Below, one piece after another: positions 18,102 to 27,028 of a DNA stretch of 64,000 nt (position 1 is the first letter of the stretch; each line of letters opens with the position of its first letter). Position numbers and translations under genes: made by a program. The stretch comes from Gemmatimonadales bacterium (GTDB taxonomy: Bacteria > Gemmatimonadota > Glassbacteria > GWA2-58-10). The stretch covers positions 41,036-105,035 of the forward strand of contig JAJRTS010000006.1 of assembly GCA_024278175.1 (NCBI GenBank), in the 5' to 3' direction. The notes beneath the pieces were generated by a model. It did not search any database and was not told where the DNA came from. It saw nothing but the letters and a program-made list of their open reading frames with translations.

Positions 18102-19532
18102 ATGAAAAACATCTCGAGACGCGAGTTCGCCCGGATTGGCGGGATGGCCCTTGGTGCGCTCACCACCGCCGCCACTCTCAAGGCGCAACAATACAAGGCC
18201 CAGCCGCCGGCCAAGAAGCGGCCGAATGTGATCTTTTTCATGACCGACGACCAGCGCTGGGACGGGATGAGTATCGCGGGCAACCCTTATTTCCAGACTC
18301 CCAACATGGATCGGATCGGCCACGAGGGCGCCAATTTCACCAACTGTTTTGTCACCAACAGCCTCTGCGGGCCCAGCCGGGCCACCTGCCTGACGGGCAA
18401 GTACTCCCACAACACCGGCGTGCGCCTCAACGAGGGCAGCTTCCCGATCAGCGAGGTCACCTGGCTGGAGGAGACTAAAAAATACGGTTACACCAACGCG
18501 TTTGTCGGCAAATGGCATAACAAGAATTTCGGCCGTGACCGGGGATTCGACTATTATTTCGGCTTCCGCGGCCAGGGCCAGTATATCGACCCGCTGATCC
18601 GGGAAAACGACGGGCCGGAGAAGCAGTACAAGGGCTGGGTGGAGGACATTCTGGCCGATCACACAATCGACTTTATCCGCAAGGCCAGCGAGCAGGGCAA
18701 ACCGTTCGCCATGTGCCACTGGTTCAAAACTCCGCACCAGGGCTGCATACCCGCCAAGCGTCACGAGAACCTTTACAACGATATCGATTTCCCCAAGCCG
18801 CCCACTTTCGACACCGATTACGAGGGCAAACCCCGGGCGGTGGCCGAGGCGGACATGAAGATCGGCGGGCAGGGCGAAACCTCCTACGTGCAGGACTGGA
18901 ACGAGTTCATGCGCGATTACCATCGTGTGCTCAAGGGTGTGGACGAGAACGTGGGCCGGATCCTGGACCTGCTCGATGAGTTGGGGATCGCCGATGACAC
19001 GGTGGTGGTTTTTACTTCCGACAACGGCTATTTCCTCGGCGAGTTCGGCTTTTTCGACAAGCGGCTGATGTACGAGCCGTCCCTGCGGATTCCGCTGGTG
19101 ATCCGCTATCCGCGCATGATCAAGCCGGGCACGGTAGTTGACGAGTTCGCGCTCAATGTCGACTTCGCGCCCACGCTGATGGAGTACATGGGGATGCCCG
19201 TGCCCAAGGCGGTCGATGGCCGCAGCCTGAGGCCCCTGCTGGAGGGCAAACAGGTGCCCGACTGGCGCGAGGACTTTCTCTACGAGTATTACGCCTACCC
19301 GGACTGGCACTACGTGCGGCCCAATAAAGGCGTGCGGAACAAGCGCTGGAAGTACATCCATTACTACGATTTCCCCAAGCACGAGTACGAACTCTACGAC
19401 CTTCAGAACGACCCGCTGGAGGAAGATAACCTCTACGGCAAGCCCGGGTACGAGGAGACGACGCAATACATGGCCGAACGCCTTCGCCAACTGCGGATCG
19501 AGTCCGGCGACCCGGACCTGAAATTTGAGTAG
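18102..19532 (+). CDS. formylglycine-dependent sulfatase (arylsulfatase / GlcNAc-6-sulfatase family), TAT-secreted
   Basis: TAT motif RREFARIG, sulfatase signature C-G-P-S-R (SLCGPSRATCLTGKY), and a GKWH metal-binding region. Confidence 0.85.
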   Translation: MKNISRREFARIGGMALGALTTAATLKAQQYKAQPPAKKRPNVIFFMTDDQRWDGMSIAGNPYFQTPNMDRIGHEGANFTNCFVTNSLCGPSRATCLTGKYSHNTGVRLNEGSFPISEVTWLEETKKYGYTNAFVGKWHNKNFGRDRGFDYYFGFRGQGQYIDPLIRENDGPEKQYKGWVEDILADHTIDFIRKASEQGKPFAMCHWFKTPHQGCIPAKRHENLYNDIDFPKPPTFDTDYEGKPRAVAEADMKIGGQGETSYVQDWNEFMRDYHRVLKGVDENVGRILDLLDELGIADDTVVVFTSDNGYFLGEFGFFDKRLMYEPSLRIPLVIRYPRMIKPGTVVDEFALNVDFAPTLMEYMGMPVPKAVDGRSLRPLLEGKQVPDWREDFLYEYYAYPDWHYVRPNKGVRNKRWKYIHYYDFPKHEYELYDLQNDPLEEDNLYGKPGYEETTQYMAERLRQLRIESGDPDLKFE

Positions 19533-19657
19533 TCCGGCGGCTTGAATTTTTTTACCGATCACTATGTTTTATACGGCTAAAGTATTGTTGACCTGGAAGT
19601 TAAACGAAGAGAACCCATTGCGGCTTGCCGTGGGGTAGTTCATTACCCGGCATAGCA

Positions 19658-19692
19658 TAAAAAAGGGGAGACCGGCGGTTGCCGGTCTCCCC
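19658..19692 (-). terminator. rho-independent terminator of the amidohydrolase gene
   Basis: Perfect hairpin ggggagaccggc-ggtt-gccggtctcccc. It is followed by a T-run on the minus strand (A-run 19658-19664 on the plus strand). Confidence 0.7.
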
Positions 19693-19719
19693 TTAAACTC
19701 TTGCAATCTTGCTTACCTG

Positions 19720-21480
19720 CTATTTCTCGTAGACTGTCCTGCCGTCCACCACTGTCCTGAGCACCTGCGTATCCTTGATCTCCTCCAGCGGGCAACTCAG
19801 GTAATCACGGTCGATCACGATCATGTCGGCCAGCTTGCCCGGCTCGATAGAGCCTTTCAGCTCTTCCTCGAAACTGGCATAGGCGTTGTTGGTCGTGTAG
19901 CAGCGCAGGGCCTGCTCGCGGGTGAGCGCCTCTTCGGGTACAATCACCGTGCCGCGCTCGGTGGTGCGGGTAATCATCGACCACATGGCCAGCCACGGGC
20001 TATAGGGGTTGATCGATTCCATGTCGTCGAGAATCACCATGTGGTCGCTGCCCGCGCTGACCACCACCCCGGCCTCGATCAGCGACTTGTAGGGGTGGAA
20101 CGTCTTGATCCGTTCGGGGCCCAGAATGTGCAGCATGGCGTCGGCATCCTTGTAAAACCAGGCCGGCTGGGCGTCGGCGATTATGTTGAGTCTCGCGGAG
20201 CGCTCAATGGCCTGGGCGGTAAAAAAATTGCCGTGGATAAACGAACAGCGCAGCGGCGCAACCGGGATTTCCTCGTTCACCCGCTCGAACACGTCAAGCA
20301 TCATGTCCACACCCGCGCCGCCGGTAACGTGAGCGGTCACTTTCCAGCCCTCGCCGGCCCCGGCCCGCGCGAACGCGTAGAAATCCTGCTCGCCCATACG
20401 CGGAATTCCCCTGTACTGTGGGTCCGTAACGCCAAAAAGCTCGCGCGCTTTCGGCCCCCAGGGCTCCCGCAGCCAGGCCGTGCCGGTCAGAATGCCCCCG
20501 TCGATCACGTTCTTGAGCGCGCCGATCCGAATCCATTTATCCCCGTGGCCCGTGCTGACCTTGAGGGCATGGAGATTTTGCTGGACTTCCCCGGCGCTGC
20601 GGCCCATGAATTTCACCGGGTTGTAGATGTTAATAAATACGCGGGCCGAGAGCATATCGTTACCGCGCATGTACTGGTAGAGCAGGGTGTCCGCCAGCGA
20701 CATGCCGCCGGAGGTGTAGCTGGTGAACCCGACCGCGTTGTAACGGCCCAGCATCAGTTGCAGGGCCTCGGCCCGCTCGGCGATGGAATATTGGGGTGGA
20801 GCGGGCAGCTTGAGCAACTTGAAAGCAGTAAAGCGAATTTGGCCGTTGAGCCGGCCCGTGTCCGGGTCGCGCAGCAGACCCGGGTTATCCATCTCGTTCG
20901 TGATAGCGCTGGCGCGCATGGCGGCGCTGTTGATCGAGCCGCCGTAGGAACCGTCGAGGAACACCGGGTTGTCCGGGGCCACGCTGTCAAGCTCGGCCAG
21001 GCTGGGCGGGCGAAGTTCGGCCAGGCGGGTGGCGAACAGCTTGTCGTGGATGATCCACTGGCCGCTCTGCCTGCTTGCGGTCATCCGGGTAATCCAGTCG
21101 AGGCACTGAGCGACAGTGCGCGGGTTGTCCAGCGGCATTTCCTTTTCGCTCAGGCTGGCCTTCTCCGGGTGGGCGTGGGCATCTATCAGCCCCGGCAGCA
21201 CAGTGCGGCCACCCAGGTCAACCACGTCCGTTTCCGGCCCGGCCAGCGCCAGGATTTCCTTGTTACCGCCGATGGCCACAAACGTGTCCGCGTGGATCGC
21301 CACGGCCTGCGCAAAATCGAACCCGCTGTTTACCGTTACCACTTTGGCGTTGTGGTAGATCGTATCCGGGGCCGGGCCGGAGGGGCCGCAGGCCGCCACG
21401 GCCAGCAGCGCCGCCAGCAGCAGCACCAGGCTGCCCGAGGAAAAACATTTCGCCGGATTGTTATTACCTGAGAATCGCAT
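19720..21480 (-). CDS. amidohydrolase family protein (Amidohydro_3, metal-dependent hydrolase), lipoprotein-type signal
   Basis: N-terminal signal with a Cys lipobox (LLAVAACG), GLIDAHAHP metal-binding motif, and a C-terminal HGxxxD-like region. Confidence 0.75.
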   Translation of the reverse strand: MRFSGNNNPAKCFSSGSLVLLLAALLAVAACGPSGPAPDTIYHNAKVVTVNSGFDFAQAVAIHADTFVAIGGNKEILALAGPETDVVDLGGRTVLPGLIDAHAHPEKASLSEKEMPLDNPRTVAQCLDWITRMTASRQSGQWIIHDKLFATRLAELRPPSLAELDSVAPDNPVFLDGSYGGSINSAAMRASAITNEMDNPGLLRDPDTGRLNGQIRFTAFKLLKLPAPPQYSIAERAEALQLMLGRYNAVGFTSYTSGGMSLADTLLYQYMRGNDMLSARVFINIYNPVKFMGRSAGEVQQNLHALKVSTGHGDKWIRIGALKNVIDGGILTGTAWLREPWGPKARELFGVTDPQYRGIPRMGEQDFYAFARAGAGEGWKVTAHVTGGAGVDMMLDVFERVNEEIPVAPLRCSFIHGNFFTAQAIERSARLNIIADAQPAWFYKDADAMLHILGPERIKTFHPYKSLIEAGVVVSAGSDHMVILDDMESINPYSPWLAMWSMITRTTERGTVIVPEEALTREQALRCYTTNNAYASFEEELKGSIEPGKLADMIVIDRDYLSCPLEEIKDTQVLRTVVDGRTVYEK

Positions 21481-21596
21481 CGTCGTACCTTCTGGCTTGG
21501 ATTTGCAGAGCTATCACTCCAAAAATGACTACCAATAATAACGGGTCCGGCCCCGCAAGGCCAGACCCGTTTTGGGACTGTGTTTAGCACATGAAG

Positions 21597-22943
21597 CTAT
21601 AGTTTTACCACCTCGTCGATCCGGATCCGGCGGCCGGTGTCGATACTGGTGTAACCGGCGATCCCGATCGCCGAGCTGAGGATACCGGCCCTGAGGCCCG
21701 CGCGCTGGGCCAGGGGATCGGGCATCGAGGGATCGAAAACCATCCTCTTGATCCGCTGGTCCGCTCCGCCGTGCTCGAAAAACTCACCGCGCTGCGGATC
21801 GACCGTGATCACCTTGCTGCCCTTGAAATTATGGGTCAGCCTGATTTCGCTCTCGTGGTCCACCTCCCAGGGCTGGCGATGGAAGTTGCGCATTTCGATG
21901 CGACCCTTGGTGCCGTTGAACACGATCAACTGGCCCTCATAGGGCACGGTGGCGTTGAGGCTGTAGGTGACCAGCACTTTGTTGTCATACCTGACCAGGA
22001 CGCTGTAGGTGTCGGGGATGTTGATCGCATGGCGGAACAGGCAGCCGTCGCGGTAGTAGCCGTCCTGGTCCTCGCAGTCCACGTACAGCTCCATGTACTG
22101 CTTGTTGGTGGTGATGTCCCAGTAAAACTCGCACTGTTTCTTGTACGTGCAGAGGCGGCAGTTGGCGTGACGGAACGGTCCGTTATTGCCGTACTTGTTA
22201 AGCCGGCCGTAGGCGGTCACTTCCACCGGATCGGCGTCGATCCACCAGTTCAGCTGGTCGAAATGATGACTGGCCTTGTGGCAGAGCAGGGTGCCGCTTT
22301 CCTGCTTGAGTCCGTGCCAGCGGCGGAAATAGCTGGCTCCGTGATCCAGGTCCAGGAATTCCTCGTAGTTGACCGAATACAAGTCGCCGATCTCGCCATC
22401 GAGCAGCAGTTCCTTGACTTTCATATCGCTGGCCCCGTGACGGGCGTTGAACGTAACGTCCAGCTTGCGGCCGGTGCGCTTCTGGGTATCGACAATCTGC
22501 TGGGCCTGGTAGTCGTGGGTGCAGAGCGGTTTTTCGCTTATCGGGTCGACCCCGAGTTCCATCGCGCGGCAGACGTACTGGTAATGAGTGGCATCCACCG
22601 TGGTGACGATTACCCGCTCGGGTTTGGTTGTGCGGATCATCTCGTCGAAATCGGTGAACGTGGGGATTTTGCCGCCCATCCAGCGCTGGGCCACCTTGAC
22701 CCTGTCGGGATTGACGTCGCACAGGCCCACCATCTCCACCAACTCGCCGACATCGCGCAGCAGGTTCATCCCCCAGGTGGTGCTGCCCCGGATACCCGTG
22801 CCCACCAGGGCCACCCTGGTTTTGGCCGGAGCGGCGAACGCTCCCATCGGGTTGGTGAGGGCTGCCGCGCCCAGCGCCGCGGCGGCAACCGAGCTGTTAC
22901 GGATAAACTGACGCCGATTGATTGCCTTGGGATCGTCCTGCAT
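21597..22943 (-). CDS. TAT-secreted Gfo/Idh/MocA oxidoreductase (GH109-like)
   Basis: TAT motif RRQFIRNSS, Rossmann VALVGTGIRG, GFO_IDH_MocA N- and C-terminal domains. Confidence 0.7.
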   Translation of the reverse strand: MQDDPKAINRRQFIRNSSVAAAALGAAALTNPMGAFAAPAKTRVALVGTGIRGSTTWGMNLLRDVGELVEMVGLCDVNPDRVKVAQRWMGGKIPTFTDFDEMIRTTKPERVIVTTVDATHYQYVCRAMELGVDPISEKPLCTHDYQAQQIVDTQKRTGRKLDVTFNARHGASDMKVKELLLDGEIGDLYSVNYEEFLDLDHGASYFRRWHGLKQESGTLLCHKASHHFDQLNWWIDADPVEVTAYGRLNKYGNNGPFRHANCRLCTYKKQCEFYWDITTNKQYMELYVDCEDQDGYYRDGCLFRHAINIPDTYSVLVRYDNKVLVTYSLNATVPYEGQLIVFNGTKGRIEMRNFHRQPWEVDHESEIRLTHNFKGSKVITVDPQRGEFFEHGGADQRIKRMVFDPSMPDPLAQRAGLRAGILSSAIGIAGYTSIDTGRRIRIDEVVKL

Positions 22944-23312
22944 GGAGGCCTCCGGAAATGAATGGTTAACAGCTACCGGTAGTTTGAAGTCAGCCGGTCC
23001 AGGCGAGCGCTCATCCACGGCGGGAGTGCGCCTGCCTGCCTGCGGCGGAAGGTGTTTGAACTGGTGGAAAGTAAATATAAATTGTATGGCCGTATGAAAA
23101 TATCTGGAAATGAGTCACTTGTGTCAAGAATGTTAACGAATCGTCAAGTGTTGAGTTTGCCGCGGGGAATAAGAATAACTCCATGCCTGAAAAATATCCG
23201 CGCCGGTTTATCTTGCATTGAACGGGGAGCAGCCGATATTACTATGGAGTGTTTTTGAGGTGCGCCACGTGCGCGACGAATATCTTCTGTCAGAACCAGC
23301 AGAGGAGGAGCG

Positions 23313-24110
23313 ATGGGCTACGGACTGAAAAAATATGGGAAATGGGCGCTCGTAACCGGGGCATCGGCCGGGTTAGGCCGGCATTTCGCCCGCTATATCG
23401 CCGCCGAGGGAGTCAACGTGGCGCTGGTCGCCCGCCGCAGGGAGCGCTTGGATGAGCTGGCCTCCAGCCTGGAGGACGACCACGGGGTCCGTACGCTGGT
23501 GATCGAGCAGGACCTCTCGCGGCCGGAGAGCACGGCCAGGGTCAACGCCGAGTTCGGCGAGCGGGAGTTGGGGCTGCTTGTGCTCAATGCGGGATTTGGT
23601 TATCACGGCGCATACCTTGAGCAGGGAGAGCCGCAGATGGCGGAGATGATCAATCTGAACTGTGTCTCCTACGCTACGCTGGCCCGCAGGTTTCTGCCAT
23701 CGATGGTGGAGCGGGGGCGGGGAGCGCTGATTATGGTCTCCAGCGTGCTGGGCTACTTCCCCGGCCCCTGGAACGCGGTCTACACGGCCACCAAGGCGTT
23801 CGACCTGGCCCTGGGCGAGAGTATCCGCCAGGAGCTTAAAGGCACGGGTGTGGAACTGCTCAATCTGTGCCCGGGCATGACCGACACGGAGTTTCACGAG
23901 GTGGCCAACGAGCAGAACCGCAAGCGTAAAGTGATCCCTGAGCGCCCGATGGACAAGCCGGAAGAGATTGTGGAACTGGCGCTGAAGAGCCTGGGGCGCA
24001 AGGGGACCGTGTACCCGATGCAGGGCCTGCCCGCGGCGCTGATCACCCGCCTGTTGCCCCGTGGCTGGGCGGCCAGGATCGCCGGGAAAGTAATGGAGAT
24101 GGACGACTGA
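23313..24110 (+). CDS. SDR family oxidoreductase
   Basis: TGASAGLG cofactor motif and a catalytic YxxxK (YTATK). Confidence 0.8.
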   Translation: MGYGLKKYGKWALVTGASAGLGRHFARYIAAEGVNVALVARRRERLDELASSLEDDHGVRTLVIEQDLSRPESTARVNAEFGERELGLLVLNAGFGYHGAYLEQGEPQMAEMINLNCVSYATLARRFLPSMVERGRGALIMVSSVLGYFPGPWNAVYTATKAFDLALGESIRQELKGTGVELLNLCPGMTDTEFHEVANEQNRKRKVIPERPMDKPEEIVELALKSLGRKGTVYPMQGLPAALITRLLPRGWAARIAGKVMEMDD

Positions 24111-24135
24111 GCGCTTACGCCCCGCCCCGGGGCGG

Positions 24136-24164
24136 TTGACTTGCCGGTGGGGCCGGTCTATATT
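24136..24164 (+). promoter_or_regulatory. near-consensus sigma70-type promoter TTGACT-N17-TATATT
   Basis: TTGACT at 24136-24141, a 17-nt spacer, and TATATT at 24159-24164. It points toward surE, through MITE copy 3. Confidence 0.5.
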
Positions 24165-24178
24165 CCGCTCTGTTTTAA

Positions 24179-24385
24179 GGGGGCGCTCTCAATAAAACGT
24201 TCAACGCCCTTAAATTAAATATTTCATCCGGGCAAGTTGTCAAGGGCAAGGCAAGCCGTTTTTTACCGGTTCTGCTATTCGTTTTATTTCAAGCAGTTAG
24301 ATTGCTCCCGCCGGCTTTCGGTAGGCATAATCATGAACGGCCCTTGACAACCCCAACATCCATACTTTCGTTTTTTTCAACACGC
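24179..24385 (+). mobile_element. MITE-like repeat, copy 3, flanked by direct repeat TGTTTTA
   Basis: gttgtcaagggcaaggcaagccgtt at 24236-24260, aacggcccttgacaac at 24335-24350, and the end ttttttcaacacgct. TGTTTTA lies immediately before and after the element. Confidence 0.65.
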
Positions 24386-24426
24386 TTGTTTTACCTGTCA
24401 GGCAACCTGATCGCGAAGGGCGCTAA

Positions 24427-25188
24427 GTGGCGGAGAAAATATTTTTATTAACCAACGACGACGGCCACAGGGCGGTGGGATTACGTGTCCTGGCCAATAT
24501 TCTGAAACGGTTCGGCAGGGTAGTGATTGTCGCTCCCGAGACCGAGCAGAGCGCCTGCAGCCACGCGATCACCCTGCACCGTCCACTGCGGATGAAACAG
24601 TTCGCTCCGGAGTGCTACGCCGTGGACGGCACCACCAGCGATTGCGTGCTGCTGGCCAGTCAGCGTCTGCTGGCCGATCGCAAGCCGGACATGGTGTTCA
24701 GCGGAATCAATCACGGGCCGAACCTGGGCGATGACATAACCTACAGCGGCACGGTGGCCGGTGCGTTCGAGGGCAGATTGTTCGGAGTGCGCTCGATGGC
24801 TGTCAGCAGCGGGGACATGGCCCGGTTCGAGGACGAGCGCTGCCTGCGGATGCTGGCCGGGATTATCGAGCGGGCGCTGAGCGAGGATTGGGAGGACGAC
24901 GTTCTGCTCAACGTAAACCTTCCGCCGAGCAACCGGGAACTCAAGGGTGTGAAACTCACCTGCCTGGGACGTAGCCATTACGCCGAGAGCGTTATCGAGA
25001 AAACCGACCCCCGCGGCCAGACTTACTACTGGATAGGCGGGGTCAACTCCGAGTGGTTCGGCGCGCGGAACTCCGATTTCCGCGCGGTGGATAAAGGCTA
25101 TATCAGTGTCACCCCCCTGCATCTTGATTTAACCCACTACCCGAGCCTGAGTAAATTCGGTTCTCTGGAAGCGGGCGGCGAGGACTGA
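24427..25188 (+). CDS. surE: 5'/3'-nucleotidase SurE (GTG start)
   Basis: N-terminal LLTNDDG motif and SurE fold signatures (GINHGPNLG). Confidence 0.85.
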   Translation: MAEKIFLLTNDDGHRAVGLRVLANILKRFGRVVIVAPETEQSACSHAITLHRPLRMKQFAPECYAVDGTTSDCVLLASQRLLADRKPDMVFSGINHGPNLGDDITYSGTVAGAFEGRLFGVRSMAVSSGDMARFEDERCLRMLAGIIERALSEDWEDDVLLNVNLPPSNRELKGVKLTCLGRSHYAESVIEKTDPRGQTYYWIGGVNSEWFGARNSDFRAVDKGYISVTPLHLDLTHYPSLSKFGSLEAGGED

Positions 25189-25222
25189 TCCCGCGGCGTA
25201 GCTTGATCGTAAGGAGGAATAA

Positions 25223-25891
25223 CTGGGCCAGGCAAACGGCAATCAAAACGCTAAACTGGTAGACCTGCTTGCCGGCAGCGGTATCACGGACCGCCGGGTA
25301 CTCGGCGCAATCGGCGCGGTGCCCCGCCATCTGTTCGTGCCAGAGGCGCTGCGGGGCAAGGCTTACGCCAACACCAGCCTGCCGATCGGCGATGGGCAGA
25401 CGATCAGCCAGCCGCTGACAGTGGCCGGGATGTTGCAGATGCTGCGGCTCACGGGGGCTGAGCGCGTGCTGGAAGTGGGTACGGGTAGCGGCTACCAGGC
25501 CGCTCTGCTGGCCCGGCTCTGCGAGCAGGTGTTCACGGTGGAGCGGATCGAAAGCCTGGGCCGCCAGGCGCGCAGAGTGTTGGACAGTCTGGGTATTTTT
25601 AACGTGAACGTGCGTATCGGCGACGGGACGATGGGCTGGAGCCGTTATCAGCCCTACGATGCGATCGTGATCGCCGCGGCGGGTCCCTCGCCGCCCCGCG
25701 TGTTGCTGGAGCAACTGGCTCCCGGCGGCAGGATGGTGATGCCCGAGGGTGGCAGCCAAGGTGCGCGGATAGTGCTGGTGGAGCGGTGTGAGAATGGTTA
25801 TACGCGGACCTCGGGCGGGCAGTGCCGGTTCGTGCCACTGATCGGAAAGGAAGCCTGGAGCGATGAGTCATCGGCAGCAAACGGCGGATAG
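25223..25891 (+). CDS. pcm: protein-L-isoaspartate O-methyltransferase
   Basis: VPRHLFVP and SAM motif I VLEVGTGSGYQAALLA. The ORF tool starts at GTG 25319, but the conserved N-terminal region extends upstream to the stop at 25220. No ATG/GTG/TTG is available there, so a CTG at 25223 preceded by AAGGAGG is the only candidate. The start is uncertain. Confidence 0.75.
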   Translation: MGQANGNQNAKLVDLLAGSGITDRRVLGAIGAVPRHLFVPEALRGKAYANTSLPIGDGQTISQPLTVAGMLQMLRLTGAERVLEVGTGSGYQAALLARLCEQVFTVERIESLGRQARRVLDSLGIFNVNVRIGDGTMGWSRYQPYDAIVIAAAGPSPPRVLLEQLAPGGRMVMPEGGSQGARIVLVERCENGYTRTSGGQCRFVPLIGKEAWSDESSAANGG

Positions 25892-26504
25892 CGGGCGGAT
25901 GGGGAGCAAAAACATTGTCCGTCGTCTATATGACTGGGTACTGCACTGGGCTGAGACCCCCTATGGTCCTGTTGCGCTGTTTGTCAACGCGTTCGCGGAG
26001 AGTTCGTTTTTCCCGCTTCCGCCGGACCCGCTGCTGATAGCCCTTTGTATCGGCAAGCCATCGCGGGCTTTCAGGTTCGCGCTCTGGTGCAGTGTGGCCA
26101 GCGTGCTGGGGGGTGCGGCCGGTTACCTGATCGGCTGGGGAGTGTGGGAGGTGGTGGACCAGTATTTCTATCGCTGGGTGCCCAGTTTCACCCCCGAGGC
26201 TTTCGAGCATATCCGCGCTCTGTACGATAAATGGGATTTCTGGGTGGTGTTAACCGCCGGTTTTACTCCGATTCCCTACAAGCTGATCACGATCGGTGCG
26301 GGTGTGTTCGCGGTCAATTTTCCGGTATTCATGGTTGCCAGCGTGCTCAGCCGTTCGGCGCGGTTTTTTCTGGTAGCCTGGCTGATCCGCCGTTTCGGCC
26401 CCTCGATCACCGGTTTTATCGACCGCTATTTCAACCTGGCCACGCTGGTATTCATGGTGTTGCTGGCAGGCGGGTTCGTCCTGTTCAAGTACGTGCTGCA
26501 CTGA
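25863..26504 (+). CDS. YqaA-family / DedA-VTT domain membrane protein
   Basis: Conserved F.P.P. and VTT-domain pattern (FPLPPDPLLIALCIGKP). Four TM helices. Probable start is the Met at 25899. Confidence 0.6.
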   Translation: MSHRQQTADSGRMGSKNIVRRLYDWVLHWAETPYGPVALFVNAFAESSFFPLPPDPLLIALCIGKPSRAFRFALWCSVASVLGGAAGYLIGWGVWEVVDQYFYRWVPSFTPEAFEHIRALYDKWDFWVVLTAGFTPIPYKLITIGAGVFAVNFPVFMVASVLSRSARFFLVAWLIRRFGPSITGFIDRYFNLATLVFMVLLAGGFVLFKYVLH

Positions 26505-26581
26505 ACGGGGAAATCATCGGGCGCAGGCTTGCCAAAAAGCGGATAGGATTGTATTTTACAGCTCTTTTTCGAAGAAGATGT

Positions 26582-26659
26582 CGGGGCGTAGCGCAGCCCG
26601 GTTAGCGCGCGTGCTTCGGGAGCACGAGGTCGGGAGTTCAAATCTCCCCGCCCCGACCA
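26582..26659 (+). tRNA. tRNA-Pro (anticodon CGG), CCA encoded
   Basis: Cloverleaf: acceptor cggggcg/cgccccg, D-arm gcgc..gcgc, anticodon stem cgtgc/gcacg with loop ttCGGga, T-arm gggag-ttcaaat-ctccc, discriminator A plus CCA. Confidence 0.85.
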
Positions 26660-26667
26660 TAAATATC

Positions 26668-26720
26668 AAGGGTTTGCGAAGATTGCCGGCATCAAAGGCA
26701 TGGAGCGCAACCCTTTTTTT
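26668..26720 (+). terminator. putative terminator after tRNA-Pro
   Basis: agggtttgcg ... cgcaaccct stem followed by tttttttg. The long loop lowers confidence. Confidence 0.4.
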
Positions 26721-26942
26721 GTGCCTATATGTGCCAACTCGGGCCTCTTTCTATTCGTTGTCCTGCTGCGGCAGAAGTTTAACCTTTGAAAAATTGGGCG
26801 ACTGAATTGTGATGAGGGAGTTTTTCAGCTCACTCATTTTTGTGTATCAAAAGAAAATTAAGGGGTTGTTGCTTGTAACTGAATGATATAGTTGCAGATA
26901 TGCCCCTTGTATAAAAAATTTTGGAAAAAGAGTGGGGGAGTG

Positions 26943-26993
26943 TGAGGGGGAGAGAAAAGAACCTTTTTTAAAAGGTTTTGTCTCTCCCCCTCA
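26943..26993. terminator. palindromic hairpin downstream of the MFS gene (putative bidirectional terminator)
   Basis: gagggggagaga...tctctccccctc with an inner aaccttttttaaaaggtt. It lies 3' of the minus-strand gene that ends at 27029. Confidence 0.5.
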
Positions 26994-27028
26994 CTATTCT
27001 TTCAATTCTTTGATTAAATCAAAGGTTT

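Noticed and set aside
18048-19562. 504-aa minus-strand ORF covering the sulfatase gene
   Set aside because: Shadow ORF. The plus-strand sulfatase has a diagnostic CxPxR motif and a TAT signal.
20041-21471. 476-aa plus-strand ORF antisense to the amidohydrolase
   Set aside because: Antisense shadow frame with biased Arg/Gly/Ala composition and no motifs.
21771-22961. 396-aa plus-strand ORF antisense to the TAT Gfo/Idh/MocA gene
   Set aside because: Shadow ORF in a GC-rich region.
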